IMG/VR virus record: IMGVR_UViG_3300047276_000181
Span: 3,256 to 67,255 of that record
DNA length: 64,000 nt
Origin: a virus
Reading direction: 5' to 3' (one strand)
This document shows positions 40,065 through 50,551 of the stretch, one piece after another (positions within the stretch are counted from its first letter, which is position 1; the number at the start of each line of letters is the position of its first letter). Below the pieces are notes generated by a model, which was not told where the DNA came from, ran no database searches, and saw nothing but the letters and a program-made list of their open reading frames with translations. Position numbers and translations under genes: made by a program.

Positions 40065-41549
40065 TTAAAGTATTTTCTGAATCACAACACGGTATGCGTT
40101 GAGCGTAGGAGCTACAGCAAACGTAAGTGTTACCACGTTGGTGCTGGTTCTTACAGTGTCAACAAATACGGTTTCGTAAGTTGCGTTATCGTATACCTGA
40201 ACCACAACGTCTCTTGTTCCGAGGTTGTGAGTCACTGCGTAGACAGTGTTGGTGGCGTCACCCACACTAGCTGCGAAGCCAGTTGTAGCAAGAGATGCGT
40301 CAATTGCGGCCTTAACACCGGCGGGGTGAACCGCAAGAGTCGTAGATGTGCCAGTTACCGTCTCAGCGCTCGTAGCGAGCTCAACGATACCCTTGTTAGA
40401 CTCCGTAGCGTCCTCACCGCTGATGGTGATATTAGAGCCAACACCAGAGGTATTGATGCCCTCTCCTGCCAAGATTGACAGCCCTCCAGATGCAGGACTA
40501 GCAGAGCCAGTCTCGGTAGCGACAACCAAGAGGTCGATTAGGTCAGACGCTACTTGCTTCTTAACTACACCTCCATCACTGAAAAGTACAGTGGAGCTGT
40601 CAGAGATAGCAAGGTCAGCAATGCTACCGATATGGAATGCTTGGTCTACAGTAGAGAAGTAGTCGCTAGCCTCGTTCCATATGAACGATACGTTGGCGGA
40701 AGTACCACGCTCAACCTCAAAGCCTGCGTTCTGCGAAGGAGTTCCAGTCTCGTCACGGTTCAACAAGATGATGTTGTCACCAATCTCAACCGTGTTAGAG
40801 TTTACATAGGTAATAGTTCCAGTTACGGTGAGGTTACCACCGATGGTTACCGTAGTACCATCATCAGTGATGGTCGTATTCTTGAGCTGCGTACCGTCCC
40901 ACTTGAGCACCGTGTCAGCAACAAGAGCAGCGTAGTTGGCGAGCTCAATTGCGTTAGCTCCAACAGTAATACCACTGTTAGCGGTAGCTGCGACATTAAG
41001 AGTCGTGTTTCCGCCGAGCTGAGGAGAGCCACCGCCAGTCAAACCATCTCCAGCTATAATCTGAATGCTGTTGTTGGTGAGTGAGGAATTAGGGATTGCG
41101 TTAAGGTCAAGCGTGGTTCCGTTGATGCGTACACCCGTAGCAGAGTCTACAGTCAACCAAGCCGAAGAGCTAGCCGAATCGTCCCAGAAGAAGATGCGGT
41201 CTGCATTCGGGTCAGTCAAGCTTTCAAGACCGAGGTGGTCAAGCTCAATGCTGTCTGCGTTTACTTGGATACCAGTTCCAGCTCCAACGTTAAGGGTTAC
41301 AGCGCCAGAAGAACCGCCACCGGTTAGACCGGCACCAGCGATTACAGACTGGATGTCTCCGGACATATCAACCCACGCACTTCCGTTGTAGAAATACATC
41401 GTAGATGATGCCGTGTCGTAGTAGATTTGACCTGCTACGGGCGATGCCGGGGCAACAGCAAGGTTCTGAATCCGCGCGTTGCTAAGTTGCTTCTGCTGGA
41501 GGTCAATTCCAGCGGTTGCTAAAATCTGAGATAGATATTTTACAGCCAT
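40065..41549 (-). CDS. tail fibre/structural protein
   Basis: AGAGLTGGG repeats, DNIILLN..NAGFEVERG, C-terminal THNLGT domain. Confidence 0.75.
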   Translation of the reverse strand: MAVKYLSQILATAGIDLQQKQLSNARIQNLAVAPASPVAGQIYYDTASSTMYFYNGSAWVDMSGDIQSVIAGAGLTGGGSSGAVTLNVGAGTGIQVNADSIELDHLGLESLTDPNADRIFFWDDSASSSAWLTVDSATGVRINGTTLDLNAIPNSSLTNNSIQIIAGDGLTGGGSPQLGGNTTLNVAATANSGITVGANAIELANYAALVADTVLKWDGTQLKNTTITDDGTTVTIGGNLTVTGTITYVNSNTVEIGDNIILLNRDETGTPSQNAGFEVERGTSANVSFIWNEASDYFSTVDQAFHIGSIADLAISDSSTVLFSDGGVVKKQVASDLIDLLVVATETGSASPASGGLSILAGEGINTSGVGSNITISGEDATESNKGIVELATSAETVTGTSTTLAVHPAGVKAAIDASLATTGFAASVGDATNTVYAVTHNLGTRDVVVQVYDNATYETVFVDTVRTSTNVVTLTFAVAPTLNAYRVVIQKIL

Positions 41550-41555
41550 TGTTTC

Positions 41556-41849
41556 TTAGTTAAAGTATGCCTTACCGCTAAATGCAGCGGCAAAAGTTAG
41601 TTGTACAGAGTTATTGTCTATGTATTCAACCTCGCCGATTACAACAGTATCAGCAGAGTCAACTACTGTTATAGCCGGTTTTTTACCGAGATTGTGTGTT
41701 ATTGTCCATACAGCCTCTGGGTCGAGCTGGATATGTTCGTAGAAAGCGTCGCCGCCACCGCCTGTAACACCAGTTACAGTTAGTGATGCTACGGGCTTAG
41801 CTACTAAAAGTATAGAGCTCGTTTCGTTATTTATACTTATGTTACTCAT
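41556..41849 (-). CDS. small structural protein (WTITHNLG domain)
   Basis: WTITHNLGKKP.ITVVDS..F.AAFSGKAY.N. Confidence 0.7.
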   Translation of the reverse strand: MSNISINNETSSILLVAKPVASLTVTGVTGGGGDAFYEHIQLDPEAVWTITHNLGKKPAITVVDSADTVVIGEVEYIDNNSVQLTFAAAFSGKAYFN

Positions 41850-42205
41850 AACGTAACGTCCTCATTTACTTTAAATATACCGTATAGCCAAGTCTTGACT
41901 GAACCTGCGTTAGTGCTCTGAAGGTCATACACGTATATACCTCCATCTATTGCAGCCATAGTGTTTGGGGTTGCCTCGACAACTAACAAGCCAGAAGAAT
42001 TTCCATCGTAGGAAAACTCAGTGTCTTCAATTATGGCCTGTGATGACGTATCTGTCTCTCTTACATCCAGCTTCCATTCATAACCTGTAAGGTCCATTGA
42101 CTCATTGTTTGTGTCCCTGAAAGTTATTTCAAGGCGAAATGAATCACCCTTTCGGCAGGTGATGTCTACTCTCTGTGCGGTATCTAGGTTAATCTGGGAT
42201 GCCAT
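41846..42205 (-). CDS. BppU-like/baseplate-type structural protein
   Basis: KGDSF...DLTGY...YVYDLQ...G.F.V..DVT. Confidence 0.65.
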   Translation of the reverse strand: MASQINLDTAQRVDITCRKGDSFRLEITFRDTNNESMDLTGYEWKLDVRETDTSSQAIIEDTEFSYDGNSSGLLVVEATPNTMAAIDGGIYVYDLQSTNAGSVKTWLYGIFKVNEDVTL

Positions 42206-42222
42206 AGTGCAAATATACCAAC

Positions 42223-44658
42223 TTATTGATTGCCAAGAATTTGCGTCAGGAGGTCATTCTCCTCGTCGGTAAGCTCGCCTCGCTCTCCCTTTCTCTGAGA
42301 GATTAGCTTGGATTGTTCGACCGCCTGCTTCTTCACGCGCTCATCCTTAGCCTGCTCGCGCTTGCTTTCGATGCCCATACGGAAGTCTCTATCCTCCTGA
42401 TTCACGACCATACGTGCCTCAGCCTCAGCCTTTGCTAGCTCAATCTTCAACTGATACTCTCTCTCGAGTAGTTGCATCTTAATCTGAGCCTCGGCCTGTA
42501 GTCTCTGCAATTCGAGCTGAGCCTTAACCTCTTCCGTCTGAGCCTCAGCCTGTGCGCTAGCCTGAGCCGTCTGCTGGTTCATCTGGGCCTGCATCTGACT
42601 GTTCTGGGCTGCGATGTCCTGCTTCATCTTGATACGCTTCTTACGGCGTACTATAAGCAGCTGCTCGGCTTGGTCTACGTCCTTAAGGCGGCGGATTGCC
42701 ATAGCATCCTCGAGGTCAATCTCTCCTTGAGCGATGGACTGCTGAATGTTAGCCTCCAAGTATGCCTTGTCGGTGTCCGACATCTCAGGAACCACACGCA
42801 CACCGAAGTTGTACATAGGTAGGTCCTTGAACGATGCCAGCACGTCCATATTGGACTTACCGATAGCGTTCTCGTACACGCGGTAGATTACCGACTGTGG
42901 AGGCATAATCTGCACACACTTGACGATGTATTCGACTACCTTCTTGTAGAGCATCATAGATGCGTGAGTGATATCGTACGTTGCGTTGTTAGAAGCCTCG
43001 ATGGCCTGCTGACGTACACCTACCAGAGCGTCACCCTTAGGCGTTGATGCGTCAACGACCTCGTTGATTCCCGTAGCGTCGCGAATCATACGCAGGTAGT
43101 GATTGTACGTATTTACGTACGCCTCGATGTTGCGGATGGCGTTACCAATCTCACGAATCGGCGGGTTCTGGAATCCTCCCTCGGGGTTCTTAGAGCGGTA
43201 GTAGAAGATACCGGTCTGCTCGTAGATGTCCTGAATCTCCAGAGGCTGAAGCTCTCCACCCTGTCCGAGCTGCACGTTCTCCAATCCCTCGATGTCAATG
43301 ATGAGTCCGTCAGGCTTAGCCTTTGCGATGGACTGCTGAATCTTCAGGTGAGTGATTTGCAGTTGGTCTGCGAAGCCTACGATACCACTAACCATCGACT
43401 TAGGAATCATCCGACGCATATTCACAGCCACTGCGCTGTACGAAAGGCGTGTTCTGGTGATGTCGTGGATGTTTCTCGGCTGGTTGTTCTTCATACCGTA
43501 GCCGTAAATCTTATTCGTACCTACAATGTAGCTACCTCCGTAGAGTGTAACGAATGACATACGGATGGGCTTGCGGTCGAATACGGACTCCTTGGGCGGC
43601 TGATATACCATACCCTTGTAGTAGAATCCTACGTTACCGAAGCGAGACTCCTTAGACTCGTAGAACACATCATCAACTGACAGGAACTCGAAGTCCATAA
43701 CCTCAACGATGTACTCGTCGTAACCGAAGATGGTGCGCTGAAGGTTTCTATCGTAGTAAGAGTGCGACAGCTTGTTGGGGTCGTTGGCGTACTTGTTCTG
43801 CACGTTCGTAGCCATCTGGCGGTACTCCTCCTCAGTGAACTCGTCACCAGCAAGGCGGCGTAGCTCAGAGATGGTGATACGCTTGATGTGTCCTGCGTAC
43901 GTGAGGTCGTTCATCAGCGGGTCCTCGGTGTACGAGTGAATGAAGTATGCCGGGTCTACGTACTTTGTAACTAGTCCATAGTTGGGGTCATAGTCATTTT
44001 TAGTAACGCCCATACCTACACTCACGAGGTCCGTTACGGCACGGCGGTGTACGGTGTGGTTGTATTCGTTCCACTCAAGCGTGAGGTTCGCGGCAATCTG
44101 TGCTGCAATCTCAGCGTTGGTCTTAATGTTAGACTCAAGGAAAATCTCGGCCTCCTCTGGGGTGTCGGGAATCTTCTCAATATCAGCGCCGACCTCGAGA
44201 CCTGCCATTTTAGCCTGCTGGAGCATATCCTTGTTCTCAACGTTGAACTTAAGTTCTGCCTTCTTGCGCTCCTTCTCTGTGATACTCAGCGGGTCGATTG
44301 CCTCAACGTTGGGGTATGGGTTCTTGGATAGAATCTTGTTGACGACAATCTTAACGAACTTGGGGATGATGGGTACAGGTGACCAGTCGATGTTGAGCAG
44401 TGAACCGTCGCCATTGTTGGGGTCAAGCGAGTTAAGTATCTGCTTGTAAATCTTAGTGTCCTGAGTTCCGTTCGCGTAGTCACGGTAGCGCTCAAACTCG
44501 TCGAGTCGCTTGCGGAATATACTTCCGTGGTCGTCAGTGTGACCCCACTGCGACTCAATAGCCTTCGCGTACTTCATCCCGTAGGACTTTGAAGCCTTCG
44601 CATCAGGTGAAGCTAGAGGGTCAGGGAAGTTGCCCTGCTTGTTGTACTTACTATCCAT
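42223..44658 (-). CDS. portal protein (crAss-like)
   Basis: 811 aa directly downstream of the terminase; PIIPKFV.IVVN, IRDATGINE, C-terminal coiled-coil. Confidence 0.88.
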   Translation of the reverse strand: MDSKYNKQGNFPDPLASPDAKASKSYGMKYAKAIESQWGHTDDHGSIFRKRLDEFERYRDYANGTQDTKIYKQILNSLDPNNGDGSLLNIDWSPVPIIPKFVKIVVNKILSKNPYPNVEAIDPLSITEKERKKAELKFNVENKDMLQQAKMAGLEVGADIEKIPDTPEEAEIFLESNIKTNAEIAAQIAANLTLEWNEYNHTVHRRAVTDLVSVGMGVTKNDYDPNYGLVTKYVDPAYFIHSYTEDPLMNDLTYAGHIKRITISELRRLAGDEFTEEEYRQMATNVQNKYANDPNKLSHSYYDRNLQRTIFGYDEYIVEVMDFEFLSVDDVFYESKESRFGNVGFYYKGMVYQPPKESVFDRKPIRMSFVTLYGGSYIVGTNKIYGYGMKNNQPRNIHDITRTRLSYSAVAVNMRRMIPKSMVSGIVGFADQLQITHLKIQQSIAKAKPDGLIIDIEGLENVQLGQGGELQPLEIQDIYEQTGIFYYRSKNPEGGFQNPPIREIGNAIRNIEAYVNTYNHYLRMIRDATGINEVVDASTPKGDALVGVRQQAIEASNNATYDITHASMMLYKKVVEYIVKCVQIMPPQSVIYRVYENAIGKSNMDVLASFKDLPMYNFGVRVVPEMSDTDKAYLEANIQQSIAQGEIDLEDAMAIRRLKDVDQAEQLLIVRRKKRIKMKQDIAAQNSQMQAQMNQQTAQASAQAEAQTEEVKAQLELQRLQAEAQIKMQLLEREYQLKIELAKAEAEARMVVNQEDRDFRMGIESKREQAKDERVKKQAVEQSKLISQRKGERGELTDEENDLLTQILGNQ

Positions 44659-44712
44659 ACCTATTCTTTATCCCCAGTTTATGTGCAAATATACCCAATA
44701 ATACATTGTGGG

Positions 44713-46839
44713 TTAGCGAGTTATCTCCTTGAACCTCCTGAGGAACACTTTATTGGACATATCAGCCTTCTTAGCCTCCTGTTTTACACGCTGTGCGGCG
44801 AGCAGTGCGAGACCTGAACTGATGGTCAAGTCAAACTTCGTTCTGTCGTCTATCCTATATCCAATCCAATCCTCCAGAGTTCTATCGAAGTACATCCTAC
44901 CGTAATTACCGGTCTCAGCGTGCATACCAACGTGTTCGTGCACGTATGCCTCGATGGCCTGTGCGTGCGCCTGTATCACATCCTGAGAGTTTGAAGGTAT
45001 ACCCTTGGTCTTAACGTTGGAGCTAGAGCCCGGAGGTCTTAGGTGCTCGGGTCTGTCCATAATGTACCCATCGTAGCCCCTAGACTCAAAGTAACGCACT
45101 ATCCCGTACTTGTTGTTCTCTATGAGCAGCGGATATCCGTAGAACACGGCGGCCATCAGCACGTCCTCGTAGAATATCCTAGCGAGCGGTGGACGGTTGG
45201 CGTACTCAGCCACGAACATATTGCTCGGATAGCTCATATTGAACTTGTTGTAAAGGTGGCACGCACCCTTAGAGCCCCTACCGTCCATCGTATTATCAAG
45301 GTCATAGGAGTCGACACCGCCTGTACCAAGGAAGTCATTGGCTGGGTATACCTTACCGAATTCTTGCTTTCGTTTATTTCGAATATCATCGGGCGGCAGC
45401 CACGATACTAACCAGCGTCCGTTAGCGTCAGGCACCCAAAGCACCTCGCTGTCTTGTTTGCCGTCCTTCCACACAAAGTTTCCCTTGATGATTGGGCTCG
45501 GATACATCTCTCTGTTGTGCTGCAACTGCTCGTATATCTTACCGACGTTGAAGTGCGATGACTTCGTTGAGTCGCGGAACGCTTCCTCCTCACTCCAAGG
45601 GAACTGACGTATCACCTCGTTTAGTTCGTACGGGTCGTGCATCAGTGCCTTGCGCTCGTTCGATAGATAAGTCTTCGCTCCGATGCTGATGATGTCACCA
45701 TCCATAGTTAGCGTAGGCTCCTCAGGGTCATCCATTATGGGTAGTCCGTAGATATCAAAGAATCCTTCCAGGGCCTCGTATGCTGGTATAAATATCTTGT
45801 ACAGTCCAGACTTCGTCCGTCCGTTCTCGTTACGCTTGGTGGGGTCTGAGTCGTAATACAATTTCTTGTAATTTGCGCCCCCCTTATCGAGCGGGTTAAC
45901 AGTTGACCCGACCATAGCCTTACCTACAATCTTCTTACCTACCAGTAGACACGTTCTGTGGATACGCCACACCTCGTTAATGTCAAGCGGATTCTCCCAC
46001 TTACCGGCCTCGTCGAGGTACAGATAGTGAAGCTTCTCACCGTCATAGGCGTTGGCGACTGAGTTCTTCCAGTTGACCACCGTATCTAAAGCCTCCGTCT
46101 GTCCGCTAACTTTGTTAGTCTTTGTGATTCTCTTTGCAGGCTCACGGAACGCCAGCTCGACACGTGGGTTTGTGGTACCATCCTGTATCGGCTTGAAGAA
46201 GAACGGATAGCTACGGAACATCGGTAGGAGCTTCTTCATAAAGATGTTCTCCTGTGCGTCCTTACCGGTCTTGGACATAATGCCCAGTACCTTGTTAGAC
46301 ACCTGAGTGCCCTCGTCGGCCAGTGCCGCACCACAGATATTTGTGTATCCAGAGCGTCGACACTTGGTATATATCTGTCCTACGCAGCGTGGGTCCTGCT
46401 TGCAGGCCTCGAAGTGGATGTATAGCTTACGCTGGAAGTCTAGATAGCTCGCATATCCGATATCCATCTGGCTCCATTGCAGTAGCATATAGTGGTGGCC
46501 GGTGATGTATGTTGGCACACCGTTATTGTAGAACCATATACCATCGCGTCTGCGGGAGAACTCCTGCTCGATGTACTGTGAATACTTAGCGCGGAACTCT
46601 TTCGGTTGCTCCAGCCACTCATCCATAGAGCGCACACGCAGGAGGTCTTGAGGCACTGGTAATCTCTTCCAGAACTGCTCAGCTTTCGGCTTGTCGTGGA
46701 ATAGTATATCCTTCTTAGCTGGGACCTTAGGTAACTGAATGAAGACATCGGATAGCTCAATGACCTCGCCTTCCGTCCCGTTTGGGCAGATGTTTACAAC
46801 GAAGTCCTTGTATCCGTCTATCTTCTTCAGTCCAGCCAT
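44713..46839 (-). CDS. terL: terminase large subunit
   Basis: KCRRSGYT Walker A, YLDEAGK Walker B, GVDSYD nuclease, LIENNK. Confidence 0.9.
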   Translation of the reverse strand: MAGLKKIDGYKDFVVNICPNGTEGEVIELSDVFIQLPKVPAKKDILFHDKPKAEQFWKRLPVPQDLLRVRSMDEWLEQPKEFRAKYSQYIEQEFSRRRDGIWFYNNGVPTYITGHHYMLLQWSQMDIGYASYLDFQRKLYIHFEACKQDPRCVGQIYTKCRRSGYTNICGAALADEGTQVSNKVLGIMSKTGKDAQENIFMKKLLPMFRSYPFFFKPIQDGTTNPRVELAFREPAKRITKTNKVSGQTEALDTVVNWKNSVANAYDGEKLHYLYLDEAGKWENPLDINEVWRIHRTCLLVGKKIVGKAMVGSTVNPLDKGGANYKKLYYDSDPTKRNENGRTKSGLYKIFIPAYEALEGFFDIYGLPIMDDPEEPTLTMDGDIISIGAKTYLSNERKALMHDPYELNEVIRQFPWSEEEAFRDSTKSSHFNVGKIYEQLQHNREMYPSPIIKGNFVWKDGKQDSEVLWVPDANGRWLVSWLPPDDIRNKRKQEFGKVYPANDFLGTGGVDSYDLDNTMDGRGSKGACHLYNKFNMSYPSNMFVAEYANRPPLARIFYEDVLMAAVFYGYPLLIENNKYGIVRYFESRGYDGYIMDRPEHLRPPGSSSNVKTKGIPSNSQDVIQAHAQAIEAYVHEHVGMHAETGNYGRMYFDRTLEDWIGYRIDDRTKFDLTISSGLALLAAQRVKQEAKKADMSNKVFLRRFKEITR

Positions 46840-47135
46840 TATCGTCTAAATTTCTCAGCGAAACCACCGGAGAAGTCCGACTGCTCGCCCATACTACCGC
46901 TCTCGGACAGATTCTTAATCATATCCTCCAGACGTTGTCTTTCTTGCAACAGTTCACGCGCATCCACGGCCGTCTGTTTGATGGACTGTAGCTCCGCCTT
47001 GCGTGCCGAACCGTTGATTTCGGGGTCGACGGGCTTCTTAATCTCCTCAATCATATTGTTGATGGCTACCTCCATAGAGTCCATCAGTCGCTGTGCAGCG
47101 TCAATCGTGGTAAATTCAGACTTCCTCCTTGACAT
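46839..47135 (-). CDS. putative terminase small subunit
   Basis: Helical ORF translationally coupled to terL, ending GGFAEKF. Confidence 0.55.
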   Translation of the reverse strand: MSRRKSEFTTIDAAQRLMDSMEVAINNMIEEIKKPVDPEINGSARKAELQSIKQTAVDARELLQERQRLEDMIKNLSESGSMGEQSDFSGGFAEKFRR

Positions 47136-47691
47136 ACAATAGGTCGTTAGGTGTCATTCTCCATAGTTTCTCACCGTTCACTTCCATCGTATAGTCAGAT
47201 TCCTTGCTGAAGCCCACCCTATCACCGGCCTTGACTCCCATCTCGGTAAGCTCGGGGGTATCGAAGCGGACGACGCCCTCCATCTTTACCTCCTTCTTGG
47301 TTGAGATAATCAGTCCAGACTCCGACTTAGGCTCCTCGCCGTACTCTGGGATGAGGAACACCCATCCGGGTAGCACCTTAACCTCTCCGTCGGTACCCTT
47401 GTAGGCGTACGCCTGTGAGCCGTAGCCTCCCTCAGGGTCGAACTTGACGCGGTATAGCTCCTTGTCTATCTCAGCACGCTTGTCGAGCACCACGTGGTGG
47501 TGGAAGTATAGCGTATCGCCCTCGTTAGCCCCGGTAGGGAACTTAACTGGTGTAGCAACAATCTCCGCCTCGCTGATTCGGTTGGCGAACTCGTCGAATC
47601 TTGAGTCAAGGAATATCTCCGTGTCACCGAACTTAATGGTGTCCTTGAACTTCTTGGGCATCCTTACGATGAACTCGTGCAGAACTCTCAT
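47116..47691 (-). CDS. GroES-like co-chaperonin (tandem domains)
   Basis: SESGLII...GVV...GVKAGDRVGF...VNGEKL. Confidence 0.7.
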   Translation of the reverse strand: MRVLHEFIVRMPKKFKDTIKFGDTEIFLDSRFDEFANRISEAEIVATPVKFPTGANEGDTLYFHHHVVLDKRAEIDKELYRVKFDPEGGYGSQAYAYKGTDGEVKVLPGWVFLIPEYGEEPKSESGLIISTKKEVKMEGVVRFDTPELTEMGVKAGDRVGFSKESDYTMEVNGEKLWRMTPNDLLYVKEEV

Positions 47692-47921
47692 TAGAACTTA
47701 CAGTCGTTTTCAATTACTACGGGCATACCCACCACTTCCTTCCAGGCGGACGTTCCCTCCTGGTTCTGGATGTAGATGGTATAGTCCTTACGGCCGTACT
47801 TCATAAATGTACGCTCGTCCAGCTCGATTGCCACGATGACTCCGTCATTGCCGGCGGGGTTGCCTACGACATACGCCAAGGCATCCTTCGGGTTTTGCCC
47901 GATGATAATCTTTCTAATCAT
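47691..47921 (-). CDS. conserved hypothetical phage protein
   Basis: IRKI.IG..PKDA..Y.VG...WK....MPV.IE. Confidence 0.65.
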   Translation of the reverse strand: MIRKIIIGQNPKDALAYVVGNPAGNDGVIVAIELDERTFMKYGRKDYTIYIQNQEGTSAWKEVVGMPVVIENDCKF

Positions 47922-47925
47922 TGTT

Positions 47926-48249
47926 TTACTCTTTGTCGGGGTCTCCTCCGGCTCTGCGAATCCAGTAATCCACCTTGCTGGTGTCGTTACGCTCCTGATG
48001 CTGATATCCAGAGATGATTAGCCCTACGACTTCATCTAACTCCTCCTCGTCAGCTACATTGACGGAGAAGGCGATATCCATCGTGGGGTCATCGTCCTCA
48101 TCAAGTTGGTCGTAATCAACGCTACCTATGGCGGCTACTACAAATCCAGTCTCCTCGAGGCCATATTTGATAATCAAGGTGTTCATCTCGTACACGAGGT
48201 CGGAGAACTCCTTGTACATCTCCTCTTGGTTTTCCTTAGATAGACCCAT
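47926..48249 (-). CDS. acidic hypothetical protein
   Basis: ORF in operon context; internal ATG preferred. Confidence 0.55.
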   Translation of the reverse strand: MGLSKENQEEMYKEFSDLVYEMNTLIIKYGLEETGFVVAAIGSVDYDQLDEDDDPTMDIAFSVNVADEEELDEVVGLIISGYQHQERNDTSKVDYWIRRAGGDPDKE

Positions 48250-48300
48250 TGTTATGAATTTTTGTATGAAATTTGTTACGAATTTACGAAACAATATAAT

Positions 48301-48741
48301 ATGAGACCTGGAGCCAATACGCGTAGGATGCGTGAGTACGCAATCTTACCCGCCAAGAACATACTCCGCAACTATCTGAAGTACCTAAGACACGTGCAGG
48401 TGGACATATGTACGCAGTATGAGCTCACACCGTCTCAGTTTCAGTTCCTACTGTTCATCTACGACCTGGAGTTCTTCACTCTGGTGTACGCACGCACGCA
48501 CTTCGCCCCGATATCGGACAATAAGATGCGACTAATCTACACGAAGCCCCTGATGAATAAGGGACTGATTGACGTATACATCAGCAGACAGTCCGTCACT
48601 GAGGAGGATAAGCAGTTGTTTATGCTCGATAAGGGTATAGGTTACGGTGCGAGGCTTGCGCTATCCCAGAAGGGTAGGCTGCTCGTGCAGAAGATTTACC
48701 GTAAGCTCGAGGGTAAGGAGGCTATCAATGCTCCCGAATAA
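48301..48741 (+). CDS. winged-helix (MarR-like) regulator candidate
   Basis: ELTPSQFQFLLFI...L..KGLI...ALSQKGR pattern; divergent orientation. Confidence 0.6.
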   Translation: MRPGANTRRMREYAILPAKNILRNYLKYLRHVQVDICTQYELTPSQFQFLLFIYDLEFFTLVYARTHFAPISDNKMRLIYTKPLMNKGLIDVYISRQSVTEEDKQLFMLDKGIGYGARLALSQKGRLLVQKIYRKLEGKEAINAPE

Positions 48742-49184
48742 CCTTGAACGGCATCTCCATCGCTGCGTTGGTGTGCGGTACGAACTCACCGGTGTGCGCC
48801 ATCAGGTAGTAACGTCCACCTTTGCTCATCCAGTGGTATCCCTTCGGTGCCCTTACCATCACCTCGTTGGGTCTCTTTAGGTCAGTCCTTCTCTTAGCCT
48901 TCATTGGATAGACGATTTACTATCTCAAGGTTAGATACACCAGTCAACGCACGCTTTGCACTGACTCTCTTCACTCCACGAGTGTTCGCCACTCTCTTCT
49001 TCGCTGACTTAGCCATTCCAGTTGATGTAGTGGGTGATAATCTTGATATCTCTCGACTTCAGGAACTTTCCCTGTGGGATTTCCTTCCCGTTGAAGTAAT
49101 CGTTGTAGTGCTCACGTACCACGGCGTTCCACTCCTGCTCGTATGGGTTGTAGTGGAATACCCAGTCGTTAAATGCTTCGTTCT

Positions 49185-49415
49185 TCATTTCTTGCTTCTA
49201 TTGCGACGTGCCATAATCATACGTGCCTCGTCGTGGTCGTAATCCTTACCGTCTCCGTTACCGTACGTGCCGGCGTCTCTATTCTTCTTATTTAGGAACG
49301 CACGGTACTTCCTCCGCTCCTCTGTGGAGTGGTATTCCGTATCGTACGCCTTCTTCTTCTCCCGAGCCTTCGGGTTGTTGGCGTAGAACTCTGCTGAACG
49401 GCTACGAGCTTTCAT
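49185..49415 (-). CDS. small basic degenerate HNH-like protein
   Basis: GNGDGKDYDH...RRNRS. Confidence 0.55.
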   Translation of the reverse strand: MKARSRSAEFYANNPKAREKKKAYDTEYHSTEERRKYRAFLNKKNRDAGTYGNGDGKDYDHDEARMIMARRNRSKK

Positions 49416-49870
49416 TATCCGAGGAATTCAATCTTGTACTTGGTGGAGGCTATGAGTTGAATGATTGTATCAATCTGATTCTGCAGGTAGCTATCGTCGA
49501 TAGCTTCACGTGCCGACTCAAGCTCCTCGTGCAATCCCATAAAGTATTTAATCAGTTGAGCTTTGCTAGAGTAGCTATCAACTGCTGGGATAGAGTATGC
49601 GGGTATAACACCGTAGCATCCCTGGAATGATTCGACCAGTCCATCCACCAGCTCCTCGATTTCTTCATAGTACGTACCGAGGGCCATATGCTCAGAGAAT
49701 GACTTGGTCTGCAGGTGGAAGATGTGAGTCTGTATCTGACTACCGAAGAGCATAGATGCAATCTTAGACATAGCATCGGTCTCCATACCCTTCTCCATCT
49801 TCTCCATCTTAGGAGTCTCCTTGCTCATACGGGCCTTAATTGCGGCCTTAAGGATTCTTTCGTTTTTCAC
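49415..49870 (-). CDS. ferritin/Dps-like protein
   Basis: HIFHLQT.SFSEH.ALG.YYE.....D.LVE..QG four-helix pattern. Confidence 0.7.
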   Translation of the reverse strand: MKNERILKAAIKARMSKETPKMEKMEKGMETDAMSKIASMLFGSQIQTHIFHLQTKSFSEHMALGTYYEEIEELVDGLVESFQGCYGVIPAYSIPAVDSYSSKAQLIKYFMGLHEELESAREAIDDSYLQNQIDTIIQLIASTKYKIEFLG

Positions 49871-49981
49871 GTTTCTTTTTGTTTATGACTTTTGACATAT
49901 CAAATTTAACCAACTTCGGCCTGTTGTCAGGACGTGGTTCAGGCTTAGCGCCTGTGTTATCAGTTGGTCTCTTGACTGCTA

Positions 49982-50443
49982 TCACGGCTTCCAGTGTCTG
50001 TATGCGGTCTTACCGTGGTGCTTGTACGCCTCGAGAATCTCCTTGCGGTTGCCCTTGGCGGAGTAGCTCACGTGTACCCAGTCAGGATTCTCCTTGGTAC
50101 CAAACTCCCATATCATCTGGTCGAACACGAGGTTCTCTCTGATGTAGTGGAAAAGCAGTGCATTCCCGTTCTTCACTGACTTGAGGCTAAGGTCAGCCGC
50201 CTCACCCTTACAGTGCTGCGACGTGGTGGACCCACCGATGGCCTTATTCAGTGCGTTGCCTCTGAGTCCTGAGTTAATCTTAATCGGCTTACCGATTCCC
50301 TCACGCAGGGGTTGCAGTACCTTCTCGGCGAGCAGTTGCAGTGCAGCGAGCTGCTTCTCGTCTGGGTCGTTCTTGATTCCAAGCTTAGTTGCCGTGGGGC
50401 TATCAGTGAGCTCCTTGAGCGTAAAGTTCTCTGTCAGTTGCAT
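49982..50443 (-). CDS. peptidase M15A endolysin
   Basis: NFTLKEL, INSGLR..LN.AIGGS..SQHCKGEAADL, WVHVSY. Confidence 0.88.
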   Translation of the reverse strand: MQLTENFTLKELTDSPTATKLGIKNDPDEKQLAALQLLAEKVLQPLREGIGKPIKINSGLRGNALNKAIGGSTTSQHCKGEAADLSLKSVKNGNALLFHYIRENLVFDQMIWEFGTKENPDWVHVSYSAKGNRKEILEAYKHHGKTAYRHWKP

Positions 50444-50520
50444 AACTATCTGTGTTGTAGACACAAAGATACTATTATATGTGTTTCCGATATCTTACCG
50501 GTACTATGTATCGCATACTA

Positions 50521-50551
50521 TTGATTATGTCATTTTTTTGCCGTAACTTTG
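50521..50551 (+). promoter_or_regulatory. Bacteroidota-type promoter facing non-coding DNA
   Basis: TTG-N20-TAACTTTG; near-identical copy at 57068-57098. Confidence 0.55.

Noticed and set aside
9942-47806. Numerous short + strand ORFs inside the minus-strand structural genes
   Set aside because: Antisense shadows of strongly biased codon usage (28721-29035 excepted)
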